The notes below the pieces were generated by a model, which was given only the letters and a program-made list of their open reading frames with translations, searched no databases and was not told where the DNA came from. This document shows positions 1 through 8,277 of a stretch of 29,401 nucleotides of DNA, piece by piece; position 1 is the stretch's first letter, and each line of letters starts with the position of its first letter. The position numbers were made by a program, and so were the translations under genes. The DNA comes from Chthoniobacteraceae bacterium (GTDB lineage: Bacteria > Verrucomicrobiota > Verrucomicrobiia > Chthoniobacterales > Chthoniobacteraceae), in the NCBI GenBank assembly GCA_040081625.1, contig JBEBGD010000067.1, positions 1 to 29,401 on the forward strand. The letters run 5' to 3'.

Positions 1-108
1 ATGCACCGGGCATCCTGCCCGGTGCATCCTCGGCGACTCGCAGCGTCATTTCCGCATGTGAAGTTTCCGGCAGGATGCCGGAAACGGCAGGCGAGACGCC
101 CGCCCTAC
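1..108. repeat. Composite GTAG-footed REP-like element with three hairpins, inside the uvrA reading frame
   Basis: Minus strand: GTAG (108-105) + GGCGGGCG-TCT-CGCCTGCC (104-86) + GTTTCCGGCA-TCC-TGCCGGAAAC (85-63). A third, inversely oriented perfect hairpin ATGCACCGGGCA-TCC-TGCCCGGTGCAT is at 1-27 on the plus strand. Confidence 0.75.
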
Positions 109-2902
109 CCAACACCTCGCGCAAAAACCTGCCGGTGTGCGATTCCTCGACGCGCGCGACTTCCTCCGGCGTGCCCGTCGCGACGACTTCGCCTCCCATC
201 GCGCCGGCCTCGGGCCCGAGATCGATCACGTGGTCCGCGCATTTGATGACCTCGAGATTGTGCTCGATCACGAGCACGCTGTGTCCCCGCTCGACGAGTC
301 GATCGAGCACGCGGACGAGCAGAGCGATGTCGTCGAAGTGCAGCCCGGTCGTCGGTTCGTCGAAGATGAGCAGGCAATTCTCGTCGCTCCGATTCGTGAG
401 ACGCTCGACGAGCTTGAGCCGCTGCGATTCGCCACCGGAGAGGACGTTGAGCGGCTGGCCGAGCGTGAGGTAGCCGAGCCCCACTTCCTCGAGCACACGC
501 AGTGGCGCGACGACTTTCGGCGCGGCGCGCTCGGTGAAGAACACGATGGCTGTCGTGACCGTCATCGCGAGCACGTCGTGGATGGATTTACCGGCGACTT
601 TCATCGCGAGCACGTGCGGCTGGTAGCGCCGGCCTTCGCACTCGGGGCAGCGGATGAAGACGTCGCTGAGAAACTGCATCTCCACTTTCTCGAAGCCACT
701 ACCGCCGCAGCGCTCGCAGCGGCCCGCGCCAGAGTTGAACGAAAACGCGCTCGCGGTCAGCCCCGCGGTCCGCGCATCGGGCGAGGCGGCGAACATCTCG
801 CGGATGGCATCGAACACGCCGAGGTAAAGCGCCGGGCTCGATCGCGGCGTGCGAGAGAGCGGCGATTGATCGACCATCACGACTTGCTCGATCTTCTCCG
901 CGCCGGTGAGCCCGCGGCACGCGCCGGCTGCGTCATCGCTCGCGACGTTTTTTGCGCGCAGCAGATTCCGATAAAGCACGTCGTGAACGAGCGTGCTCTT
1001 GCCCGAGCCGGACACGCCGGTGATGCACGCGAAGACGCCGAGCGGGAAGTCCACGTCGATGTCGCGGAGGTTGTGCTCGGTCGCGCCCTCGACGCGCAGC
1101 CACGCGCGCGGCGTGCGGCGGTTTGTCGGAACGGGGATGCCTTTTCGCCCTTCGAGATAGTCCGCGGTGAGTGTCTTTCGCAGACGATTGAGCGGGCCGC
1201 TGAAGACGAGTTCGCCGCCCGCTTCGCCGCGGCCGGGGCCGAGTTCGACGAGATGGTCCGCCGCGCGAATCACGGACTCCTCGTGCTCCACGACGAGCAG
1301 CGTGTTGCCCTTGTCGCGCAGGTTCTTCATCACGCCGATGAGCCGGCCCGTGTCGCGCGGGTGCAGGCCGATGCTTGGTTCATCGAGCACGAAGAGCGTG
1401 TTCACGAGCGACGCACCGAGGCACGTCGTGAGGTTCACGCGCTCGAGTTCGCCGCCGCTGAGCGTGCGCGTGGGGCGATCGAGCGAGAGGTAGGCGAGAC
1501 CGACCTCGACGAGGTAGCGCAGACGGCTCGCGACTTCTGTCGCGAGCGTCGCGGTGGTCGAATCGGCGGGCGCCGACTGGCTGGTGATCATCGCGAGCAG
1601 CCCGCTGATCGGGAGCGCCATCAGTTCCGGCAGCGTCTTCCCGCCGAGTCGGAAATTGAGCGTCGCGGGCTGGTAGCGGCCGCCGTGGCAGGCGGGGCAT
1701 TGCGCGTAGTTGCGGTAGCGGCTCAGCAGCACGCGCACGTGCATTTTGTAAGCCTTCGACTCGAGCCAGTCGAAGAAGCCCTTCACGCCATACCACAGGT
1801 TTTCGTCCCACAACTCATCGCCCGGCACGCCGGGCCGCTCGCCGAGGATCACCCAATCCTGGTCGCGCTTCGGCAACTCCGCGAAGGGCACCTTCACATC
1901 CACGCCCTTCTCCGCAGCGCAGCGCAGGAGGTCGCGCTGGCACTGCTGGCCGTTCTCGGTTTGGAACGGCTTCACCACGCCGCCCTTGATGCTCAGCGAA
2001 TGGTCCGGCAGCGCACGCGCTAGATCGATCGTGATCGTGCGCCCGAACCCGCGGCACGTCGGGCACGCGCCGAGCGGGTGGTTGAAGCTGAACAGGCCCG
2101 GCGATGGCGGCGCGATGTCGAGGTCGCAGTGCGCGCAGTGCCAGTCGGTGCTGAACGGCTCGCCGATCGTGACCCTGCCTTTGCCAAATCGCAGCGCGCT
2201 CTCGACGGCCTCAGTGAGCCGCGAGCGATTCGCGTCGCTGATCGCCACGCGGTCTTGAATCACCTGCACGACGGCGGGCAGTCGTTTGGCGCACGGTTCG
2301 TCGGTGCGCACGATCTCTCCGTCGAGCAGCACGCGGAGAAAACCCTGCTGCTGCACGAACGCGAAGAACTCCGCAGATTTCGTCCCCGCCGGCACCGGCA
2401 CGCCGAAGGTGACAAGCACGTTTTCACCTGCGTGCCGCGCGCACACTTGCTCGACGATCGAGCGCGCCGTCTCGGGCCGGATCTCCCGCGTGCAGCCGGG
2501 GCAATGCGCGGTGACGATGCGCGGCAGCAGCAACTTCAAGTAGTCGTTGATGTCCGTCATCGTGCCGACGGTCGAGCGCGTGGTCTTGACCGGGTTGCTC
2601 TGCTCGATCGCGATTGCGGGCGGAATGCCGCGAATCGCATCGACCTTCGGCTTGTCCATGCGGTCGAGGAACTGCCGCGTATAAGGCGAGAACGTCTCGA
2701 CGTAACGCCGCTGCCCCTCCGCGTAGATCGTATCGAAGGCGAGCGAGCTTTTCCCCGAGCCGCTCGGCCCGGAGACGACGATCAGCCGGCCCAGCGGCAG
2801 ATCGAGATCGAAGCCCTTGAGGTTATTCTGCCGCGCGCCGCGGACTTCGATGCAATCGGGATTCGGGATGACGGTCAGCGCGGCGCGTTTCTTCACGGGC
2901 AA
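2..2902 (-). CDS. uvrA: Excinuclease ABC subunit A (UvrA), 3' end runs off the left edge of the window
   Basis: Manual minus-strand translation (absent from the ORF track because there is no stop in the window): IEVRGARQNNLKGFDLDLP...VSGPSGSGKSSLAFDTIYAEGQRRYVETFSPYTRQFL; second NBD GATEHNLR...GVSGSGKSTL; LSGGESQRLKL; VIEHNLEVIKCADHVIDLGPEAG...SHTGRFL. Start TTG 2902 or GTG 2896. Confidence 0.95.
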   Translation of the reverse strand, partial: MPVKKRAALTVIPNPDCIEVRGARQNNLKGFDLDLPLGRLIVVSGPSGSGKSSLAFDTIYAEGQRRYVETFSPYTRQFLDRMDKPKVDAIRGIPPAIAIEQSNPVKTTRSTVGTMTDINDYLKLLLPRIVTAHCPGCTREIRPETARSIVEQVCARHAGENVLVTFGVPVPAGTKSAEFFAFVQQQGFLRVLLDGEIVRTDEPCAKRLPAVVQVIQDRVAISDANRSRLTEAVESALRFGKGRVTIGEPFSTDWHCAHCDLDIAPPSPGLFSFNHPLGACPTCRGFGRTITIDLARALPDHSLSIKGGVVKPFQTENGQQCQRDLLRCAAEKGVDVKVPFAELPKRDQDWVILGERPGVPGDELWDENLWYGVKGFFDWLESKAYKMHVRVLLSRYRNYAQCPACHGGRYQPATLNFRLGGKTLPELMALPISGLLAMITSQSAPADSTTATLATEVASRLRYLVEVGLAYLSLDRPTRTLSGGELERVNLTTCLGASLVNTLFVLDEPSIGLHPRDTGRLIGVMKNLRDKGNTLLVVEHEESVIRAADHLVELGPGRGEAGGELVFSGPLNRLRKTLTADYLEGRKGIPVPTNRRTPRAWLRVEGATEHNLRDIDVDFPLGVFACITGVSGSGKSTLVHDVLYRNLLRAKNVASDDAAGACRGLTGAEKIEQVVMVDQSPLSRTPRSSPALYLGVFDAIREMFAASPDARTAGLTASAFSFNSGAGRCERCGGSGFEKVEMQFLSDVFIRCPECEGRRYQPHVLAMKVAGKSIHDVLAMTVTTAIVFFTERAAPKVVAPLRVLEEVGLGYLTLGQPLNVLSGGESQRLKLVERLTNRSDENCLLIFDEPTTGLHFDDIALLVRVLDRLVERGHSVLVIEHNLEVIKCADHVIDLGPEAGAMGGEVVATGTPEEVARVEESHTGRFLREVLGRAGVSPAVSGILPETSHAEMTLRVAEDAPGRMPGA

Positions 2903-2910
2903 GGACGCGC

Positions 2911-2939
2911 ACGCTCACCCGCGGCGGCGGCTTTCGCAA
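2911..2939 (-). promoter_or_regulatory. Putative sigma70 promoter for uvrA (leaderless-type geometry)
   Basis: TTGCGA-17 nt-GAGCGT-8 nt-TTG on the minus strand. Confidence 0.35.
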
Positions 2940-2945
2940 ATTGAT

Positions 2946-2963
2946 GCGCGCGACCTCGCGCGC
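2946..2963 (-). terminator. GC hairpin just after the HU stop codon; possible weak terminator
   Basis: GCGCGCG-AGGT-CGCGCGC followed by ATCAATTT on the minus strand; the U-tract is poor. Confidence 0.3.
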
Positions 2964-2966
2964 CGC

Positions 2967-3290
2967 TCAGCTCTTCTTCGCCGCCTGCTTCATCACGGCG
3001 GAAAGCTTCGAGACTTTCTGCCGCATGATTTTCCCAGCTTTGAACTTCACGGTCGCCCGCGCCGGTATCGCGAAGCTGCTGCCGGGCTGGTTCGGATTGC
3101 GCCCGACGCGCGGCTTGCTCAGCCGCACTTCGAGGATGCCGAAGTTGCGCAGTTCGACGTTTTCGCCCTTTGCGAGCGCGTCGATGATGTGATCGAGCGT
3201 GCGTTGCACCACCGCAAAAACTTGGTGCTGCACGAGACCGGTTTCGTTGGCGATTTCGACCACGAGCTGCCTCTTGGTAAGTGTTGCCAT
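2967..3290 (-). CDS. HU/IHF family nucleoid DNA-binding protein
   Basis: MATLTKRQLV...VELRNFGILEVRLSKPRVGRNPNQP...IPARATVKFKAGK is the HU/IHF signature; ATG at 3290. Confidence 0.93.
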   Translation of the reverse strand: MATLTKRQLVVEIANETGLVQHQVFAVVQRTLDHIIDALAKGENVELRNFGILEVRLSKPRVGRNPNQPGSSFAIPARATVKFKAGKIMRQKVSKLSAVMKQAAKKS

Positions 3291-3379
3291 AATGCTTCGA
3301 GGCATACAGCCGCAGAGGATATCCGCAAGCCGCAATAGCCTGTAAAATAGCGGCTTGGAGGGCGATTTGGCCGGAAAGA

Positions 3380-4369
3380 TCAGGGTTTGCCCCGATACGT
3401 GGACACCTTCAACCGATAATGCGACGGCGCGATTTCGTGCGCGGTTTTGAAATGCGTCTTCGCCACCTGCACGAGCACCTCCGCGCCGTGCGCCGCGACG
3501 AGTTCGTGCGCGACCGTCTTCACCCGCGGATCGGACGCGCCGCGCGGCATCGCGACGCGATACTCACGCCCCGCACGCTCCATCCACGAAATGAACGCCT
3601 CGCGCGCGAGGATCGACGCCGCTGCGACGGCGAGATCGCTCTCCGCTTTCGTCCGCGCGTCGAGCTGGATCGTCACGTCCCGCTTCGCGAGCGCCGTCTT
3701 GATCAGCTTCGGATTCGCGAACTGATCGCTCAGCGCGCGTGGACAGTCGGGCTGGATTTGCTGGAGCTCGCCGATCACCGCCGCGTGCCCCCACGCGAGC
3801 AACCGGTTGAGATTGTTGAAGCTCGCATACATCTCGTTGTAACGCTGCGGCACGAGCACGATCACCTTCGTCGCCACGCCCGGCGTTTCGCGGATGATCC
3901 TTGCGAAGTCGCGGATCGCCTTGTCGGAAGTGATGCGTTTGCTGTCCTGGATGCCGGCGTCCATGAAGCTGCGCGCGATCTCGCGATCGGTGTAGCAGCC
4001 CGCGATCGTGAGCGGGCCGAAGAAATCGCCCTTGCCGCTCTCGTCGATGCCGAAGTGCGGCTCGAACATCGCGGGATCGTGGACTTCCTCGTAGCCGAGC
4101 TTCGCCACGCCGAGGATCTCCGGCTCGAGCGTGAACGTCACAAATTCCTCCGTGCCCTTTCCCGCGACGACGATCTTCGGCCCCTTCTCATACACTGCCA
4201 CATTCACCTTCGGGCCGTCGGCGAAGAAGAGCATGTAAGGCCGTTCGGCAAACTCCCAGCCGCGCTCCTTGAGCAGCGCGCGCAACTTCTCCGCCTGCGC
4301 CGTCGTGAGCGGGCAGACGTGCATGGCCTTGGTTTTTTGCGGTGGCGGCTGCGATGATCCCGACGGCAT
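3380..4369 (-). CDS. rnhC: Ribonuclease HIII
   Basis: N-terminal TBP-like segment (VAVYEKGPKIVVAGKG), then HFGIDESGKGDFFGPL, DSK, DQF, KAES and VAAASILAR RNase HII/HIII motifs. Start ATG 4369 (alternative 4324). Confidence 0.9.
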   Translation of the reverse strand: MPSGSSQPPPQKTKAMHVCPLTTAQAEKLRALLKERGWEFAERPYMLFFADGPKVNVAVYEKGPKIVVAGKGTEEFVTFTLEPEILGVAKLGYEEVHDPAMFEPHFGIDESGKGDFFGPLTIAGCYTDREIARSFMDAGIQDSKRITSDKAIRDFARIIRETPGVATKVIVLVPQRYNEMYASFNNLNRLLAWGHAAVIGELQQIQPDCPRALSDQFANPKLIKTALAKRDVTIQLDARTKAESDLAVAAASILAREAFISWMERAGREYRVAMPRGASDPRVKTVAHELVAAHGAEVLVQVAKTHFKTAHEIAPSHYRLKVSTYRGKP

Positions 4370-4382
4370 ATAGAGGCTGCGA

Positions 4383-5348
4383 GTGAACATCACGAACCTG
4401 CCAGACCCAAAGCCATTTCGCGCGCGGCTCACCGCGTGGTTCCGCCGGCACGGGCGCGACCTGCCCTGGCGGCGCGACACGTCGCCGTATGCGGTGCTCG
4501 TGAGCGAGTTCATGCTCCAGCAGACGCAGGTCGCCACAGTCGTCCCGTATTTTGAGCGCTGGATGCGCCGCTTCCCCGACTTCGCCGCGCTCGCCGCCGC
4601 GGGCGAAGCCGACGTGCTCTCGCTGTGGCAGGGCCTCGGCTACTACTCGCGCGCGCGGAATCTCCATCGCGCCGCCAAGCTCGTCGTCGAGCAGCACGGC
4701 GGGTCGCTGCCCGACGACATCGCCACGCTACCGGGCGCCGGTCGCTACACCGCGGGAGCGATCGCGGCGTTCGCCTTCGATCGATCGGTCGCGACCGTGG
4801 ATGGAAACATCGCGCGCGTTCTCTCGCGCGTGCTCGACCTTCGCGTGCAAGCCGACGACCCGAGTCTCTGGCTGGCCGCCGATGCACTACGACCCACGCG
4901 CGGCGGACGACTCCACACTTCCGCGCTAATGGAACTCGGCGCGCTCATCTGCACGGCGCGGAGTCCGCAGTGCCCGCGGTGCCCGGTGCGTAATTTCTGC
5001 AAGGCGACGGAGCCGGAGAAACTTCCAATCAAGAAGTCGCGCGCACGCACCGTCGCGCTCGACGAACCATGCGCGTGGATTCACCGCCGCGGCGCGATCC
5101 TACTCGAGCAGCAGACCGGCCCGCGCTGGCGCGGCCTGTGGAAGCTCCCACCCATCGCGCCGCCCGCGCGCGCCCCGCTCCACACCTCCGAGTATCCTTT
5201 CACAAATCACCGCGTGACGCTGCGCGTCTTCCCATCCGCGCCGCCGAAGCCGCTCGCGCCTCACCAGTCGTGGATTCGCGTCGCCGCCCTCGACACGCTC
5301 CCGCTCACCGCGCCACATCGCCGCGCCATAGAGACGTTGCTGCAATGA
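4383..5348 (+). CDS. mutY: A/G-specific adenine glycosylase
   Basis: RDLPWR, VSEFMLQQTQV, WQGLGYYSRARNL, HhH motif LPGAGRYTAGAI, VDGN, and 4Fe-4S motif CTARSPQCPRCPVRNFC. Confidence 0.93.
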   Translation: MNITNLPDPKPFRARLTAWFRRHGRDLPWRRDTSPYAVLVSEFMLQQTQVATVVPYFERWMRRFPDFAALAAAGEADVLSLWQGLGYYSRARNLHRAAKLVVEQHGGSLPDDIATLPGAGRYTAGAIAAFAFDRSVATVDGNIARVLSRVLDLRVQADDPSLWLAADALRPTRGGRLHTSALMELGALICTARSPQCPRCPVRNFCKATEPEKLPIKKSRARTVALDEPCAWIHRRGAILLEQQTGPRWRGLWKLPPIAPPARAPLHTSEYPFTNHRVTLRVFPSAPPKPLAPHQSWIRVAALDTLPLTAPHRRAIETLLQ

Positions 5349-6307
5349 CGCCGCGCGAGATCCTCATCCTCAAGCCCAGTTCGCTCGGGGACGTCGTCCA
5401 CACGCTCCCGTGCGCCGCGCTGCTGCGCCGCGCTTTCCCACACGCGACGATCCGCTGGCTCGTGAACACCGAGTGGATGCCGCTGCTCGAGGGCAACCCG
5501 CACATCGACGAGGCGATCGAGTTTCCGCGCCGCGACATGCGCGGCCTGCGCGGCATGGCGCGCATCGCGCCGTGGGCCCGCGCGCTCCGCGAGCGCGTGC
5601 AGCCCGACCTGATCCTCGACTACCAGGGCCTCCTCCGCAGCGCGATGATCGCGAAGCTCTGCCGCGGCGAATCCACGCGCGTCCTCGGCCTCAGCGACGC
5701 CCGCGAAGGCGCGCGCCTATTCTACGACGAGACGATCGACGTGCGCCAATGCACGCACGCCGTCGATCGCTACCTCGCGCTCACACATGCTGCGACCGCG
5801 GCACCAGCCGCCACCATCGAGTGGCCGCTCCCCGCCGGAATCGCGCCACGCGAGTTCTTCGCCGCCGAGCCCTTCATCGTCCTTCACCCCTTCTCCCGCG
5901 GCGCACGAAAATCCCTCACGTCCGAGCAGGCCGCCGAGTTCTGCCGCGCCCTCGCGCCACATCGCGTCGTGCTCGCCGGCCGCGCGGACGTTTCGCTCCC
6001 GCCGATGGGAAACACGCTCGACCTTCTCAACAAAACCTCGATCCCCGAACTAATCTGGCTCCTCCGCCACGCGCGCCACATCGTCAGCGTGGACAGCGGC
6101 CCGATGCACATTGCCGCCGCGCTGACGCCGCCCCTCGTCTCCATCCACACCTGGAGCGATCCGGCGAAGGTCGGCCCGTATCGCGACGACGCGTGGGTCT
6201 GGAAAGCCGGCCATCTTGTCCAGCAACGCGAACGGGCCGACACCGCCGCGCATCGCAAAGTGGCAAACATCTCCGCGCTGGCGGAGTTTGTCCGCACACA
6301 GCTCTAG
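5345..6307 (+). CDS. Glycosyltransferase family 9 (ADP-heptose:LPS heptosyltransferase-like)
   Basis: ILILKPSSLGDVVH, DYQGLLRSA, VSVDSGPMHIAAAL; ATGA overlap with the mutY stop. Confidence 0.88.
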   Translation: MTPREILILKPSSLGDVVHTLPCAALLRRAFPHATIRWLVNTEWMPLLEGNPHIDEAIEFPRRDMRGLRGMARIAPWARALRERVQPDLILDYQGLLRSAMIAKLCRGESTRVLGLSDAREGARLFYDETIDVRQCTHAVDRYLALTHAATAAPAATIEWPLPAGIAPREFFAAEPFIVLHPFSRGARKSLTSEQAAEFCRALAPHRVVLAGRADVSLPPMGNTLDLLNKTSIPELIWLLRHARHIVSVDSGPMHIAAALTPPLVSIHTWSDPAKVGPYRDDAWVWKAGHLVQQRERADTAAHRKVANISALAEFVRTQL

Positions 6308-6309
6308 CC

Positions 6310-6963
6310 ATGCGCTCCGCCTTCATCCTCCTCGCACTCGCCGTCACCGCCCGCGCCGACTGGACCATCACGCAAAAAGTCGAAGGCGGGATGAACTCCG
6401 GCCAGATGGTCCTGCGCATCAAGGACGACAAGGCGCGGCTCGATGTGAGCACGCAGATCAGCATCCTGACCGACCTCAAGACCGGCGACAGCACCACGCT
6501 CAATCACACCTCGCGCATCTACCTGCGCATCCCCGCGAGCGAAGCGGCGAAGATGCGCGAGACCGCGCTCGGCTTGAAGGACGGCGCCGCAGCCGGCGCG
6601 CCGACGCTCGCGTCCACGGGCCGCAAGGAAAAGCTCGGCGAGTTCGAGTGCGAGGTCTTCACATGGGCGCTCGGCGAAATGAAAGTCACCGACTGGATCG
6701 CGGCCGGCTATCCGAACTTCAAGCCCGTGCTTGACGTGCTCGCACGCTTCCAAAACGCCGGCCTCGCCCGCTCCGCGCAGCCGCTCATGCCGCCGATCGA
6801 ATCCTTTCCCGGCATGGTCGTGAAGCGCGAGATGAATCACCGCGGCACCGTCACCACCACCACACTCCTCTCCGCCCGCGAGGCGCCGCTCGACGCGAAG
6901 CTTTTCGATTTGCCCGCCGACTACAAAGCGCAGCCCGCGCTCCAGCTTCCCGCTGCGAAATAG
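6310..6963 (+). CDS. Secreted DUF4412-like protein (paralogue 1)
   Basis: Signal peptide MRSAFILLALAVTARA-DW; TGRKEKLGEFECEVFTW and LFDLPADY motifs typical of DUF4412-type proteins. Confidence 0.7.
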   Translation: MRSAFILLALAVTARADWTITQKVEGGMNSGQMVLRIKDDKARLDVSTQISILTDLKTGDSTTLNHTSRIYLRIPASEAAKMRETALGLKDGAAAGAPTLASTGRKEKLGEFECEVFTWALGEMKVTDWIAAGYPNFKPVLDVLARFQNAGLARSAQPLMPPIESFPGMVVKREMNHRGTVTTTTLLSAREAPLDAKLFDLPADYKAQPALQLPAAK

Positions 6964-7000
6964 TTTTGCCGCCGCGCATCCCGCCGCCACACTCGCCGCC

Positions 7001-7675
7001 ATGAAATCGTTCCTCGCCACCACGCTCGCTGCCCTCGTCTTCACCTTCACCGCTTCCGCGGATTGGGTCATCGAATCGAAAATCGAAAGCCCGCACATGA
7101 ACACGGCGACCACCACCAAGGTCAAGGGCGACAAGGTCCGCTCCGACATCGCCAGCGGCCCGATGGGCGCGATGAGTTCGATCATCGACGCGGCGACCGG
7201 CGACTCCGTCCAGTTGCTGCACGGGCAGAAGATGGCGATGAAAACCTCCGCCGCGCAACTGAAGCAGGCGATGGAGATGGCGAAGGGTCTTTCCGGCGCG
7301 AAGGCCGGCACCGAGCCCGTTAAGCCGCAGGCCAGTGGGGAGAAGGAAAAGATTGGCGACTATAGCTGCGAGATCTGGACGTGGACCGACGGCAACTCAG
7401 TCTCCAAGTTCTGGATTGCAGCCGGTCATCCGCAGGCCGCGGCATTGAAGGAAGTGGAGAAGAAGATGCGCGGCGGCGCGCTCGGCGGGATGCAGATGGG
7501 ACCGGACATGTCATCACTGCCCGGTCCGGCCCTCAAGACCGAGATGACCGCGATGGGCATGAAGACCACGGTGACGATCCTCTCGATCAAGGAGCAGGCG
7601 GTCGATGCGAAGGAATTCGACGTGCCCGCCGACTACCAGAGCATGGCGATGCCCGCGCTGCCCGGCGCGAAGTGA
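7001..7675 (+). CDS. Secreted DUF4412-like protein (paralogue 2, Met-rich)
   Basis: Signal peptide ending ASA-DW; SGEKEKIGDYSCEIWTW and EFDVPADY; clear similarity to the upstream gene. Confidence 0.72.
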   Translation: MKSFLATTLAALVFTFTASADWVIESKIESPHMNTATTTKVKGDKVRSDIASGPMGAMSSIIDAATGDSVQLLHGQKMAMKTSAAQLKQAMEMAKGLSGAKAGTEPVKPQASGEKEKIGDYSCEIWTWTDGNSVSKFWIAAGHPQAAALKEVEKKMRGGALGGMQMGPDMSSLPGPALKTEMTAMGMKTTVTILSIKEQAVDAKEFDVPADYQSMAMPALPGAK

Positions 7676-8229
7676 CGCGCCCGCTCGTCCTCGCCTCCGC
7701 CTCTCCCCGCCGTCGCGACCTGCTTCGCGAGCACGGCTACACCTTCGAGATCGACCCCGCGCACACGGAGGAAAATGTCGCCTCCACGCCGCATGAGACC
7801 GTGCTCGGAAATGCACGCGGCAAAGCGCACGCGATCGCACGCAAGCATCCGGCGGCACTCGTGCTCGGCGTCGATACCGAGGTGTGGTTCGCCGGTCGCG
7901 TCTTCGGCAAACCCGCCGACATGGACGACGCCCTGCGGATGCTGCGCGAACTCAACGGACGCACCCACCAAGTCTATTCCGGCGTCTGCCTCGCGTGGGA
8001 CGGCGGCGCCCACGAGCGGACATTCGTCGAGATCACCCGCGTGCATTTCCACGCGCGCACCGACGACGAACTGCGCGCCTACCTCGCGCGCATCGGCCCG
8101 CTCGACAAAGCCGGCGCCTACGCCGCACAGGAGGACGACGGCGTGATGATCGCGCGGGTCGAAGGCAGCTTCAGCAACGTGACCGGCCTCCCGATGGAAG
8201 CGCTCGCGCGCGAACTGGCGGCGCTGTAG
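7672..8229 (+). CDS. maf: Maf family nucleoside triphosphate pyrophosphatase
   Basis: LVLASASPRRRDLL, LGVDTEV, GKP, DKAGAY, GSFSNVTGLP; GTGA overlap with the upstream stop. Confidence 0.92.
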   Translation: MTRPLVLASASPRRRDLLREHGYTFEIDPAHTEENVASTPHETVLGNARGKAHAIARKHPAALVLGVDTEVWFAGRVFGKPADMDDALRMLRELNGRTHQVYSGVCLAWDGGAHERTFVEITRVHFHARTDDELRAYLARIGPLDKAGAYAAQEDDGVMIARVEGSFSNVTGLPMEALARELAAL

Positions 8230-8277
8230 CCGCGGCTCTCTGAGCCGCGAATGCACGGCCCGGAGGGCCGTGGCTAC
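8226..8277. repeat. Inverted GTAGC REP doublet between convergent maf and helicase genes
   Basis: GTAGC-CGCGGCTC-TCT-GAGCCGCG-AATG-CACGGCCC-GGA-GGGCCGTG-GCTAC; both hairpins are perfect 8-bp stems. Confidence 0.85.

Noticed and set aside
137..2944. Long plus-strand ORFs 137-2023 (628 aa) and 2078-2944 (288 aa)
   Set aside because: They are codon-aligned antisense shadows of uvrA, with Arg/His/Ala-rich composition and no recognisable motifs, as expected in high-GC DNA.
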